Under the pieces are notes generated by a model. The model saw nothing but the letters and a program-made list of their open reading frames with translations, had not been told where the DNA came from and searched no databases. Source: Eledone cirrhosa (Eukaryota). From it: a stretch of 64,000 bases of DNA. Shown in pieces: positions 40,876-55,169 of this stretch (its first letter is position 1; each line of letters starts with the position of its first letter). The position numbers and the translations under genes are program-made. Location of the stretch: NCBI GenBank assembly GCA_964016885.1, contig OZ024743.1:155992001-156056000 (forward strand), written 5' to 3'.

Positions 40876-41700
40876 CCTTCGCCCTGCCTTCTACCGTCTG
40901 CCTTGACGTCCTTGACCACTTCCTGTTGCAAGCGCGCCCCACACCTCTCTACTTCCTCCGCACCATTCCAGGGATCCCACAACACTGGTCACACGGTCCA
41001 GACATCCACCTTTTTATGCTCGGATTGTTTCACCATCTGTCCATACACTCACCGGGAAAACATTCAGGGACACACACACAAACACTTACACTATTTTTGC
41101 ACACACGCAATCATACATTCCCACTTATCCACACCACACAAAAAACACGCTCACTCGTGTGTATCCTCGCATACACATACCCGGCCTTCGGATACCACAA
41201 GCCCCGTATCCCCCACCCCTCCGACACCTCTCCATCCACACGCACACACACATTAACTTACACCGCATGTACACACTGGTTTTCCTATTACCCGAACATT
41301 GGACCTCGTTCTTCCCCAAACTCTCACAATCACATCCACACACACACACACACCACATTCTCCCTCCCCGGCCCACTGTTTCCTTCTCCTCTGTCGCCCT
41401 CCATCCACCCACCCACCACGACTTCTACACGCATCACACCCTTTCACCACTTGTCTTCATTTTAATTTTTTTACCCTCATTTAATTTGTTTTCCCTTACC
41501 TTTCATTACCCCCCCCCCCAACCCTTTTAATGTTTTTCCACCAGTCTCCTTCACCCTATCGGAACTCTTTTCCTTCCAACGTTTCTCCTGATGAAAAGCT
41601 TATGCCCGAAACGTCGTCCCCCACACCCCACTCTCAAACGTGAACCGAATACCAGCACTTTTTCTACTTCGTTATTGTTTTTTTGTTTTTATTGTTTTTA
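39980..41700 (+). mobile_element. CA-rich decayed PLE-like 3' region ending in an HHR-like motif (41585-41618)
   Basis: CTGATGA-aaagcttatgccc-GAAAC-GTC; weak Cys-rich EN-like remnant near 41000-41110; bounded by (TA)n. Confidence 0.4.
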
Positions 41701-42116
41701 ACTTGTATATATATATATATAAACCGTATGTTACTTGAAAGTCGCGAATATTTAAAATGGACGGTAGATTTCGGAATAAAATGAAGTCAACAAAGATATT
41801 CGTACGTCATCTGCTATATTATGAAACTGTGACAGAGATCTTGTATTGTTGTTGTTATTGGTTGGTCAATGTTTGTTCTTCAGAATGAACTCTGACCCGG
41901 TTTCATATCATTTTATTCTGGTGAATTGTTTTATAAACAAAATGTTAAGACTAGTAAATAGAATAACAGGGGATAGGCGAAATTATTTTCTTGTTCGCAA
42001 TTTGTTCGAAAATCTACCGCCATTTTGCATTGTCGAAACCTTCAGATAAGATATTGCTTTATACCTTAGAACAATACAAGAAGCCATGAACAACTCCTTC
42101 TTATATATATGTATAT

Positions 42117-42416
42117 TTATATCAATGATATTAATACATGGAAACTATATTTATAAAACCATATATATTTTATTATATATATTTCAAGGGTACCAACATT
42201 TTCGTACGACCTCATCAGATGAAATACAAAAACTGTTTTATCCAAAATGAACATAAAACGATAAGTCTTGTTTTGGGGTATGTCAATATTTATAAAACAA
42301 TTTGTGTATTTTATCTGATGAGGGCGTACCAAAATGAGGGTACCCTTGAAATATATATAATAAAATAAATACGGTTTTATAAAGATAGTTTGCATGTATT
42401 AATATCATTGATATAA
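42117..42416. mobile_element. 300 bp palindromic element with two intact-core, outward-facing hammerheads (42166-42226 minus, 42307-42367 plus)
   Basis: ~125 bp inverted arms; plus arm reads tattttat-CTGATGA-gggcgtacc/ggtaccctt-GAA-atatatat-A-ataaaata; mirror motif on the minus strand. Confidence 0.85.
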
Positions 42417-42511
42417 TACTCCAGAAGACACTGTAGAATGCTTCGAATCTGTTGTAAATAAATTAGTTGAATAACCAACAAATTAAATACCTATTGCTTA
42501 TACATATATAA

Positions 42512-42725
42512 GAGAAGACGTGTGGCTGAGTGGTTAGGGAATTGGATTCGCAATCGTGAGGTTGTGAGTTCGATTCCTGGACCATTATGTGCTTGTACAA
42601 GGCAATTTATTTCACGTTGCTCATTCTACCTGGAGTTACGACCGATCGATCGGATTAGCAATAGGAAAGACCAGCGGAAACATTGTTTCCTCGGTCCGAT
42701 TTGACGAAAGTCTATCGTTCCGTTA
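42512..42725 (+). mobile_element. Second tRNA-derived SINE family
   Basis: A-box gtggctgagtggtta, B-box gagttcgattcc, followed by aaggca..tttcacgttgctc. Confidence 0.7.
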
Positions 42726-42875
42726 TATATATATATATTATTATTAGAAAGTGAGGTTTTTTTTTACAAAATGAACAAAAACGAGGTGTCCTACACGAGT
42801 GAAAGTATAAGGAAAAAGATGAAATCGAAAATGCAACTGGAGTTTCTTTTATAAAAAAATATATATATGTGGTTC

Positions 42876-42911
42876 CTTTACCGGTTTCGCAGTTCTTCTG
42901 CTTTTCAAAAG
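42876..42911 (-). ncRNA. Variant-core hammerhead-like motif
   Basis: ctt-TTGAAAA-gcag/ctgc-GAA-accggt-A-aag; perfect helices with non-canonical core. Confidence 0.55.
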
Positions 42912-43849
42912 TAGAATTGAGATGGAGGGTTTGTGGTTTTTCTCACATATGGTAGGTGTTTGAATGTTACTTATGTTTTATATGGAAAAAAATGGCTCGA
43001 AATGCTAGGTTTGTAGAGAAGTAATTTGGTTGGCTGGTGAATAAGTATAAACCATTTCGCGCCAGTTCGCGTTACAAAGTTCTTATTATATTTGCCTTAA
43101 AAAAGGGAGGATGGGGGGCTCAGGTTTTATTTTTCCTATATGAGTGAAGTTTGGTTGGTTGATGTAGTCACGTAAATAAGCACATCAGCTTTCACGCCAG
43201 TTTGTGTTTGAATTTCAGTTTACTTTAAAAAAGGTCGCTCATGAAGGCTTTTTTTTATAAATGTAATTTGATTGGTTATAACTGAAATTATGACTGTCAC
43301 GTGAACAAGTACAATATCGCGCCTGTATTTTGGAATTTTCTTTGTAGCCATTTAGAGGATGTTGTGCCAAATAAAAGATAATGGTCAACAAAAAACGGGA
43401 TGGTGAGAATTGTTCTGGTTCAGTGAATATGGCTGGTGGGCTGGGGCGTCAAAATTCAGATTTCTATAAAAATAAAAAAATTAGAGGTATGTATGTTTAT
43501 TAGTGTGCTGGTGTGTGTGTGTGTGTGTTTGTGTGTAGGAAGCTGATTCTATTAGTAGAAATGTGGGAGGGAGTTGTGTGTGTGTGCGTGTGTATGTGTG
43601 TGTGGGAGTATGGTTAGTATGTTAAGATGGAGAGTATGTATATGCTTTTCTGTGTGTGTGGGTGTGTGTATAGTAAAATGATTCGGTTAGTAGAAATGGG
43701 GGAGGGAGTCATGTGTGTGTGCGTTTAGTGTGTTAAGGTGTTAGAGTATTAACGTTAAGGTTTATTTAGTTCTGGTTTTTATTTTCTAAAATAGGTGTTA
43801 TGTGTGTGTGTATGTATGTGACTGTGTGGATTATATATACAGTTACATT

Positions 43850-44170
43850 TATTTTGTATAAATTAATAACATTGAATATAAAGGATTAATTTATTACCAT
43901 AAGGGATTTATCTAACTTAAATGTAATATGGAACAATGAATTATATATACTTTTATAATTAAATGTATGAATTAATAACATTGTTTATAAAGGATTAATT
44001 TATTTACTTAAGGGATTTATCTAATGTAACATTCAAACAGCTATACGTTATTCCATATCTTGCCAAATATTAGATAGACAACAATCTAATGTAACCTCTA
44101 ATATATTATGAGAGAGTAGACTGTATTTATAATTAAATATAAATATATAACATTTTGTATAAGGGATTCA
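43850..44170. repeat. AT-rich imperfect tandem repeat (three units)
   Basis: aataacattg..tataaaggattaatttatt..taagggatttatctaa is repeated. Confidence 0.7.
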
Positions 44171-44794
44171 ATTGCGGCACTATATAATGTCTATTAGAGC
44201 AAGGGATGTAATTATTATAATGAGCTAGTTACCTCCCCTTACGCATTAGCTACACTTAATTCCATATCCACTTCCGGATATTAAACCGTTGAAAAATCTC
44301 GCAGTAGAACAACTCTAATCCATGAATATGAATACAATAACACCAAGTTACAATCCATTACTATAAAAAATATTCAATACAAATATAACTTAACATATGT
44401 AATGGGTGTGAAATCTGTAACTTTCATATTCTACACACATACAAATTTGAACTATACAGAAAATATCATCGCATTGCATCCCCCATAATACGCTAACATA
44501 TTCGCTTAAAGTGCTTGTATTTTATGTAATACCTTGCCATACAGTACTCATATATGCATAATACATTTGCTTGTTCAATTCCTTTATATATGACTAACGC
44601 ATGTACTATCTCTTTAATTATTAGAATATTTTCATTTAATATATGTCGCATGTATTCCACTCTGTGCTTTTAATTTTAATTTTTAATTTTTAATTTTAAT
44701 TTTAATCTTAATTTGAATTATTGTACAATTCTCGTATAATATATGTCGCATCCATACCAACAATAGGAGGTTAATTATATGTACAAACATTGAT

Positions 44795-44848
44795 AATGCT
44801 CCGAGGACACCAAGCTTGAGGTTTGGAAGAAACAATTGTCAGCGATTA
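44795..44848 (+). ncRNA. Hammerhead motif with variant core
   Basis: gct-CCGAGGA-ca-ccaagc/gtttgg-aa-GAA-acaattgt-C-agc, followed by ATTAAA. Confidence 0.55.
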
Positions 44849-44881
44849 AATGATTTAAACATAACTTTGATACTTATGTAA

Positions 44882-45011
<130 letters not shown>

Positions 45012-45644
45012 CGCGTGTGTGTGTGTGTGAGTCTGTATGTTTGTGTATGTATGCATATAAATACTCTTGTGTACTGAGTGGTGTAAAAATATAGAATATA
45101 AAGTAACTGTTGAGACATGAAGAAAGTTGCCCAACAGGTAGGGCAATACCGAGAATTTACTGCTGAAATGAATCAGTTGGAAAGTGAAAACAAACGAGTT
45201 ACATGTTATATAAGAATCTGAAACAGAGAATATCACGTATATAAGCGCTATTTTAGAAATATTATTAGTATATATGTGTATTTTGCAGGGTATTATATTT
45301 CGCTGTTTAATTCATTGGTCCCAGCGGGTTCTTAATGCGTCTTCTTATTCATTATTGCACATATATGAGTTGATTTGATGTAATGTAGAATAAAGAACGA
45401 TGCACAGATAACTGGAGGTTTAGAAAATGTCCATGCTGTGAGGATAAGACTAACGTTATCAGTACCACCACAATAAGATAAACATACATACCCCATCTCT
45501 GTTATATTTACTTGCATATGTGTGTATACGTGTACAGACACATATAAAATTACTCACACACGCACTCACTCCCTCACACACACGTACACACGCACGCACA
45601 CACAGACATGTATAACTAGTTTGCTTTCTATTTGATTTGAATAG

Positions 45645-45677
<33 letters not shown>

Positions 45678-46014
45678 ACTCTGACACGGCATAATATTAG
45701 TGCAAGTCCTTTTGAGCAAGCATCATGAGAGCATTGTATATTTGTTCAAACTCATCGTGTCCTTTGAACAAATCCCGCAATGATCAATTTTGCGTTTCTT
45801 TTCTTCAGTGATTTGAACTTAGAACAACTTTTTGCGGGATCAATCGAGAATGAAACTCTGCGGAGATGTTGCACACCTCTCTACTTCACACCGTCTGATC
45901 CATCCTGCTCCATTGCACAGATAAAAGAAGTGCCTCTGCATACTCGTGACTGACAAAGTTCCTAAAACCCGTAGCTAATGAATTGTAAATATTACCAAAC
46001 CTTATATTAGCATA

Positions 46015-46129
<115 letters not shown>

Positions 46130-46154
46130 ATTTATGCGTGTGTGTGTATGTATT

Positions 46155-46186
<32 letters not shown>

Positions 46187-46919
46187 TGTGTATATCTACG
46201 TGTGGGTGTGGGGGAGCTGAAAGGAATAACTTGGTAGAGAGCTGAAACGTGATTGCCTACACTAATTACATGATTAGATATATACGATTTCATTTGTATT
46301 GTATATTTTCTATTTACATGCACTATAATTTATGTACATTTAAATATATTTTTACATTCTTTTTTGTTGAATGGAAGCTTAACTGACAACATGCAAATTA
46401 TAAATATGTAATGCAATCAGGTACATGTTACTGATATAATTGCTGGGAATGGAGCAGATGGATGTATTAATGATCCGCTGCAATGCGCTGCAGATGTAAA
46501 ATTAATGCTCTACTGCACTCCATAATCCACACGATATTTTCAGAGGTTTCTTGAAAATGTTTCAGATTTTGAGGGAATAGATAAAATGTGACATTTCCTT
46601 TTTATGGAAAATAATCTATACTATTTAGTTTCTCAAACAGAATCGCAAGTTTATTTAAATGATGTTGTACCCTCAATAGATTTAAAATACACATAATCTA
46701 ATGTTATACATTATAATTGATTTTTGAACGCAGAGGCCTGATCTCTCATGATCCGGGTTGTCTGTAGTCAGCTATCCCTCCACAAGTATATACTGGCGGC
46801 TTTGATATCTTCAATACGTAAAGATAATTATTTCAGTTGACATTTATTTCATTTGACATTAGGATTCTGGTATTACAGCTAAAATCGAATACCTGCATTG
46901 TCTAAAATATTTGTAAGAT

Positions 46920-49900
46920 CCACTCTAGGTGTTTTTATTGGGCTGCACTTCTTCAAGGAGAACTTTATAGAAATATTGATCACAAGTTATTAACAGCAAA
47001 ATAACAGCGGTAAGGACGAGAACGACAATAATAATGACAATAACAACAGCCACAACAACAATAATAGTAGGAACAGTATCAACAAAAACAACAATAATAA
47101 CAACAGCCACAATAACAGTAACAAGAGCAACAGTATCAACAAAAACAACAACAACAACAACAACTGTACCAACGAAATCAACAACAATGACACCGACACC
47201 TGTAATAGCGATCTCAGCACCACCAGTAAGACCAGTATCGGCAGCAATGGTGGTGCTGCTGAAAAAAGGGACCACTTCTTTTGCAGGTGTGGCCCGAACT
47301 ATCGACACAGTGTAGGTCACAGAGGAGGAGATGGCAGTCGCAAGGGTCATGGTGACAAGAAGCGCAAATAGAGTTTCCCTGAAAAACCTCCACCCGATTC
47401 TTTCAAGGAGCAGCAGCTACGGACGGTGACTTAGCGCACCGTAAGGAAAATCTGACATCGAGTAGATAGAGCCACGGAGGCTTAAATCCAAAAGGCCTTG
47501 GGGTGCGTTTGGGTAAGCAAAACCCACATCACTCGAGACAGAAAGTACGCCACAGTAGACGTACTTTTCGCCACCCCCTAGGAAGCAAAGTCTCACTCTT
47601 TGGAAACCCTAAAGTGTGAGGAGATAGTCTTGGAGCTCTCCTACTGCGGGCAGAAAATTGTGAGGGTCAAAGTGACCCAGGTCCCACCCGACGTGCCCAT
47701 ACATTTGCTGGCCGCGTCTGTCCTTGCTGAAATCGAGAACAGGGCGACCATGTTGCAAGTAGAAAAAATAGGGAGAGAGAACTGGTCAGGTATAGGCATG
47801 TAAATGCTTATACCAACTGATTAGGAATGTATCGACGCTATCCCTGATATCATAGACATCGAGGAAGGACTCCAACTCCCTATAAGTGTAGAAGGAAGAC
47901 GGCCAAAATGTTATCTCTGTGGGTCGAAAGGTCATCTCAGGGCTTTTTGCCCGCAGAAGACAGCGAAGAAGGCCCCTCTCCTTCCAATACCCGGTCCGCT
48001 GCTACGAAGAGCAGGGTAGGAAACAAACGAAGAAGCCCCTTCCACGGTGAGTAGGAGGGCAGCGTCCGTGGCACCCGTACCAAGGCCACGGACAACTAAA
48101 GCAGCAGCATCCGTAGCGGCAACACCAATAGCTCTATTTGAAGTTGCTACACCAGCAAGAAAAATGCCTAAGAGGGCTCCACTACCACCACCAACAGCCG
48201 TGGAGCATATACCCCTCCCAGACGCCACAGAATCCGACATACAGTTTGAGGCGGGAGAGAAGTGGCAAATGGTCCGCCACAAAAAACAAAAATGAAAAAA
48301 CACTAAATTCACCCTCCAAAAGCGAAGGCATACAAAGAGGGGTAAAGGCAGCAAAGAAACATGCAGCAACACCACCACCATCACCACCACAAACACCAAC
48401 AACGCAAACTCACCAAGCAGCAACAAGCAGAAAACAGCAACAAAATCACCCCTCCCGCCAAAAAGTACACAGCCATACACATGGCAAAAAAAGAACTCAT
48501 ACAATATATAAATGAGCACACAGACATCACAGAAAAAAACTACTACACCCCACCAACACCAAGAACTCTCCCGACAAATATAAGCATCATCGAAATCTCA
48601 ATAGAACAGTACAAACCTTTAAAACAAAAATTCCCCAATGCAGTTGGAGACTTCAGAAGGTCGGTTACCTAGAGGATATACACTGTCATCCTCTTGGAAA
48701 CACTCATGACCTGCGAAAGGGACGGTTCTACTGTCCCTTCACCACACGAACAAGGTTAGTGACCCTGTCTCACTTGCCCCGTTTCTCATCCAACATGGCT
48801 GTACTCAGAATAGGCAGTATAAACGCACGGGGCCTGGGTTCATCTTTGAAGCAGGGTCACGTGCTCAATGACCTCAGGTCACTAAACATAGTGATGGTGG
48901 CTATCTGTCAAACCAGAATCTCCGAAGCACAAGCCTTCGCGCCGATCTTCGGCGGCTACGATGTATACGCATCTCCCAGCCGTCCAGGATCGGTGGGAGA
49001 TGTTGCCGTCCTTTTTCGGAGAGGGTTAGATTTCGCGATACGGGCCATCTTCCTGGACCCAGAAGGTGAGTCGGTGGTCCTGGACGTGACCGGCAGCGAA
49101 GGCAATTCTTTCAGGCTAGTAGCCGTCTACGCCCCAGCAGGGGCAGGACGGCCAGATTTCTTCAGACGTCTAGAGACCTGTCTTGGAACGTCCCGCTCTT
49201 TAGTGTTAGTGGGCGACTGGAACGGTATCTTGGATGCACGATAGGATCGTGTGGGGCTAGTGGATACAGACATACTTCATAGACAAGGGCCTGGTTACTG
49301 GAAGCTGAATGCGCAAAGCCTACAGAGACCGGATTAGCGTATTAATTAAGCGGGCGTTAACGGGAGCGGTCGTCAACAACAGGTGGTTGTTCGCCCTGAA
49401 AAGGGCAATTAAAGTAGAGTCGATTAGGTTTAGCAAAGGAGTAGTGATAGAGGAAAATAGAGTAGAGGGAGAGCTAGTCAGGAAGCTAGAAGAGGCGTTT
49501 AGGACAGGCATCGCAACCGACATACTTGCGGCGAGGTTGGCACTCGACCAATTCTTTAACGCAAAACACGAAGGCTGCGTTGTCAGAGCTAGAGGGCGTG
49601 CTCTCAAACACGAGGGGACAAAAGCCGTCCAATGGGCCCGGGTGGCAGGGGCGCGACGTGGCAACAAAGCCACAATTCGGTCTTTGTGTGACCAAAACGG
49701 GTGCGTGATGCTCGAACCCGAGCGGATATGTGAAGATTTTCAGTAGCACTTTGCTGAACTGTTCGGGAGCGGCGGCGGCCCGGATCGGGGTATGGACTTC
49801 AGTGCATGCCTCGACGGAATCGGTTCTCGACGACCGCAGCACAGTGTTGCGAAAAGCCAATAACAGCCGGTGAAATATGGGAAGCGATGGCTAACTGAAC

Positions 49901-52265
49901 AAGGGGTAAATCGCCAGGTTTAGATGGTCTGCCCTACGAGCTTTTTGCATTTATGCCAGACTTGTTCGGTGAACTATTGGCAGACGTCTACTGCAACTGG
50001 CAGCAGAACTGCATTCCCAGAACTGCATTCCCAGCATTCCCAGATTTGTGAGCCGGGGAGTAGTGGCGCTGCTAAGAAAAGACCCGAACAAGGGAGATGT
50101 TATCGATAAGTGTATGCCCATAACGCTGCTAAACGCAGAGTTCAAGATTTTGGCGAAGATGTTAGCAACAAGGTTGGCGCTTGTCGTCAAGGGTCTGGTA
50201 GGAGAGGCGCAGACATGCGCCATTCTGGACAGATCCATACACGACAACCTCCACCTCATGCGATACATCATAGAGAAGGTGGTTAAGGAACCTGGCAAGG
50301 GTAGGGCCATGATCAACTTGGATCAATCCAAAGCTTTCGATAGGGTCGACCATCGGTACCTGGCGGCGGTCCTCGAGGCAGCCGGTTTCGGGCCCGTTTT
50401 CAGAGGTTGGATCGTAGCAATGTACAGCGACATCTGCTCAGTTGTGAGGGAGAACGGTCACCTGTCGAAGCCGTTCAGCATCATGCGCTCAGTCCGCCAG
50501 GGTTGTCCCCTCTCGTCCCTCTTGTACGTATTGGCTCTCGAGCCGTTACTGCACAAACTGGGGGCGATGAGGGGCGTCCTACGCGAACTAGGAAGCGGGA
50601 AATCCGAGTCGGCTTACGCCGACGACACCGTGTTTTTGACTAGCACCAGTCACGTCCACATGCTCGGCACCGCTCTCAAGGAATACGAAGTGGTGACAGG
50701 AGCAAAGATAAACCAGGAAAAGTCGGTGGGCTTGCAGCTCGGCACCTGGAGAGGCATGTCCATGCCGTCCGACAGCGTCCTGGGGCGTTGGACGGACGCA
50801 CCGGTTAAATTGCTTGGTGTCTGGTTCGGACCGGATCTCCAGATGGAGGAAAACTGGAACGAGGTGACGAGCAGGGAGGCCTCCCTCACCCAGAAATGGG
50901 CCGAGAGGAAGCTGTCCCTAAAAGGCCTGGCGGAGGTGCGGAATGCGTAGATCGCATCCGTCATCTGCTACCGCCTCACTGTCGTCCCTTGCTCCAGCCC
51001 AACTCCCACCAAAATGGAGCGCCTCCTCTTCCGCTTTGTGTGGAAGGGACGCGCTCCCAAGGTCAGACGATCCATCTGCTGTCAACACCGGTTGCGTGGA
51101 GGACTGGGCATGCCATGGCTGATGATGCGCAAACATGCGCTGAGGCTGCGACATCTCTGGTGCTTCCTTAATGGTGAACGGGTGTGGTCGCTGTTCGCCA
51201 GGCACGTTTTCCTACAGCTCGTCTCCTTGACGGAGCTGCAGTCCTGGGTCATAAAGAGACCGAAGGATAGCGCTTGGAAACTGGAATGTCTCCAGGCGCT
51301 CACTGCCCTCTCTCAGCTGGGCACCAGTATCGGTGGAACATCAACCTCGGCGTTCTATAGAGGACTAGTGGAGGGGAAGAGCGACGACATTCTCGGAGAG
51401 ATCCTGGCCGTCGAAGAAGATGAGCTGTTTGCTCTCTTCCGGAGAACTTTCAGCCCGGGGCCTATGGATAACTTTCAAAAATCCCTGGCCTGGCAGTGCT
51501 ACCGGGGAGCTCTGCCGGTTCGAGATAAGCTCTATAGACACGGAAGTGCCGTCAGCCGAGCCTGTCCGAGATGCGCGCAAAGCGACGACACCGTTGTGCA
51601 CGCACTCGTTCAGTGCCCGACCATTGCTGACTTGTGGAGCTATGTCGAACAGTTGTTGTCGCGTGTGGGCTGATCCGGTTATCGACTGAGTCCATTGTGC
51701 AGATGGTCTCGCCGTCTTCTTCGAGGAGGAAGGGCAGGCGGTCTTCATCTGCCTGGTGGCCATGGTGAAAGAGATTGTGTGCTGGACAAGGTTAAAAGGG
51801 TTAAAGACAGACACTTTCCTCTTCGGCGAATCCCTAATTAACTTTTTCAAGTTTCACTTGAAGAGAAAAATCAGGGTGGAAAGGCAAGTGCTGCTTTCTA
51901 GCACCTTTCTAGCAAGGTGGGTGAATGTAGCGAGAATGGCCCGAGTGAACTGGACTAGTCTGAATATACGTCTGTAGTTTGAGAGAGGGCGCTTGCGCTG
52001 GTGGTCAGTGTGGCCGTGGTCTTTTGTGTGGTTTTCACCACGAGTAACCCTCGGACGTTTCCCCCCTATTGGGGAACTTTTCTTTGTTTTGATTTTCATT
52101 TTAATTGTTTATATATATATGTTTCTATGTTCTTTTTTCTTCTTTTCTTATGAAAATAATAAAACTATTTACACGCACAAAACCCACATCGTACCGTCCT
52201 GTACCATCCTGTGCCGTATGTAATGTTTTTTCTTGATGTCAGCCCTTGTGACCAATAAAGAAATC
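46920..52265 (+). mobile_element. Near full-length decayed Tx1/L1-clade LINE (ORF1 ~47030-48672; ORF2 48774-51977)
   Basis: ORF1 CYLCGSKGHLRAFC knuckle; APE SINARGL..VYAP..VGDWN; RT LDQSKAFDRVDH, VRQGCPLS, AYADD; CPRC..H..C finger; AATAAA then (ATT)n tail; same family as 14110-18660. Confidence 0.92.
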
Positions 52266-52366
<101 letters not shown>

Positions 52367-52848
52367 ACATATATAATCGTGGATAAATAGCTGTCGGTTA
52401 TTCATCTATTATTTCTTCATAGGTGCTTTAAATTTTATAGCCTTGTTTAATTGTTTTTTTGTCTGGTTGATTATGCTGATTGGGAGAGGAAATAGTGTAT
52501 ATATTTTATCAAATGTTTCTATGGACATACTTTATTGTATATATATATATATATATATACTAAAACTTAACTTTTCCTGGAAAATGTCTTGGCAAAAGCA
52601 TGGGCAAAGTCTGGGCCAAGTATTTTCGAACACTATGTATGACAATTTCCCCTCTCTACCTCAACGTTGTGTTTTAAAAGGAAAAGTATAGGCTAATATT
52701 AGGACAAATGTCGTCTCACCTCATATTCCTCCACTTGAGAAAAGTGAAAGATATTGTTCAAAGACACAGCGTGCCTCTTACACAAAATACGAAGACAGTA
52801 CAAAACGTTATACTAATGTCATTTCAGGAAAACTTCTCAAACAGAGAA

Positions 52849-53070
52849 ATAATTGTTTTTACTTTAGACACAAGGTCAGCAGTTAGCCAGTACATTACTG
52901 GCACTTTATTTTATCGACCTCGTAAGGATGAAAGGCAAAGTTAACCTCGGCGGGATTTGAACTCAGACTGTAAAGGGACATAACTATGCTAGAAAGCATG
53001 GTGTCCAACCCTTTACCGATACTGCCAATTCACCGCCCTCCACTTTACCGATACTGCCAATCGACCACCG
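52849..53070 (-). mobile_element. tRNA-derived SINE unit with duplicated 5' end
   Basis: Same consensus; ctttaccgatactgccaat occurs twice. Confidence 0.8.
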
Positions 53071-55044
53071 TCGAACAGAGAAATAATGAAATCAAAAATG
53101 AAATGTGTAACTATATGGGAGATACACTTCCGTGAATTATTCTTGAGAAAACCATACTTATCCATGGTCAGAAGAACCATTAAGACAACAGCCCTACAAG
53201 TACATACGAAGAGCAGAATCATTTATAATGGCCATAATCACCATTCCCATCCACCTTTCATTAAATTTGGTAGAAGGCAAACATTCTGTTGATAAAGAGA
53301 AATGTCTGACTTCGTCGATTTCTCTATCGTCCACGGCACAAATTATATGGCCATACCTACTAGAGATAATTTCACGCTGTCTTCATATATTCAGCTGCAA
53401 ATGAGTACCAGCAATAGCTGTGGGTTAACCTTCTGATATACTGGCGTCGTTTACATGTGGGAGTTTTGTACACTATAAGGCGGCAAGATGATCTTCACAT
53501 TTAACACATCTGATAGCTTGAATCGCCCTAAATGTGATAGTGGTTGTTCGTCATGACACCACTATTCAGCAATGCTCGGGCACTGGACGAATGCTTGCAT
53601 GATAATAGCTATGCCCTATGCCCATCCTCAACCAGTGAGTTTAAAGGTACTTATGTCCTTGCTGCGCATATTCCGAAGTGGCACTTTGATGTCTAGAATT
53701 TCTGTAAATCATTCATGTTTTTGTCACTGGCAACTTTACTCGTCTCCACATACAATTTGGCTTCAAATTTCTCTTTCTTTTGAAACAGTTAATTACTCAC
53801 AAACATATTCTACCTTACCACAGAACGCGTGTATTTAACCTGTATCGGGGAGTGGCATATGGTGGGTTCTGTTACTAATATTTTAGTAAACAGCTTGCTG
53901 CGGCTGCTTCTGTTGTTTGACTTGTTATTTTCAGGTGTGGCTGCAAGTCGCGGTATGATTCCCGATACTGCTGCAGATGATGCTGTTACAGAGATTTGGT
54001 ATCCACAATAGTGCTTTTCGTAATCTCTCTCCATGATTTTGTTAGTAAAACTCCTTCAAAGTTATGATGACGCTAAACCTGTGGCATACTGGCCTTTTAC
54101 TCTCCGCTTCGTGAATATATGGGGGCTAACCGATTGGTAAATGCGGACGTAGATAAAGTTCAAACTCTTTTAGTTTGTTTGAATCAAGAGGCACATTACC
54201 TTTATATTCAAACTTCGTTCCTCAGCCTCCTCTCTCGACAGATTTAGTAAATTGGAATTTGGGTGAGTTCCTCTCTTTTAAACATTATAGAGGAGTGGCT
54301 GCCGAACTTCGTTTCATTTGGAACCCTAAGCTATACTGTTCTAAATAGCCTCCTTGGCGTTATGTAGGAATTGAACTCCGAGGTTAATCTGAATCATCAT
54401 TGATTGAGTCCGTTTACACTCTCTCTATTATCTCGGAATTTCAGCTTAAATAACTTCATATTATAGTCATTTTTTCTCTATCAAAGAGAACATGCTCCTG
54501 CTCAGTCGATATTTGTTATGCCTTAAAACAATTTTATTATAATATTTGGAAGAAATCTGTCACCCTCGTTGCTTTGGCATAAGATGAGTTTGGAGTGAAA
54601 CTTCATTTGTTTTCTTGTCTTCGTAGAAGAAGTAGTTATGACAATAACGGTAGCGATTGCTTTATAGGTAGCGTTTTCATCTCGAGATACAGTGGTGACG
54701 CTAATGGCTATGTTAGAGGCAACGACCTTTTGCTCTACTCGGAAACAGTGAGATATTTAATAATAACCAATCAAACTATATGCAACCAGGTATTATAAAA
54801 CGGAAACGGTAACATGTTGCTTTATATGTCCCAGTCGTAATGCAAAGACAACAAATACGAAATCCATAATTGAGTGATGTCGACAAAAATGTTAATACAT
54901 GTATATCTTCCAAAAGGTAATTCACTATCCAATGTATCGAGGGAAAATGTTCATGAAGAAATTCACCCCGAAACTAAACTATAACAATACTACTTAAAGT
55001 TAAGGGATTATGTATATATATATATATATACATCTCTCTCTTCC

Positions 55045-55077
<33 letters not shown>

Positions 55078-55169
55078 ATATATTATAAGAAAATACTGGT
55101 TGGACCAACATTACAGCAGCAACTAACATATCTTGTGAAAAATGAAATAGAAACGATATTTGGAGGCAG

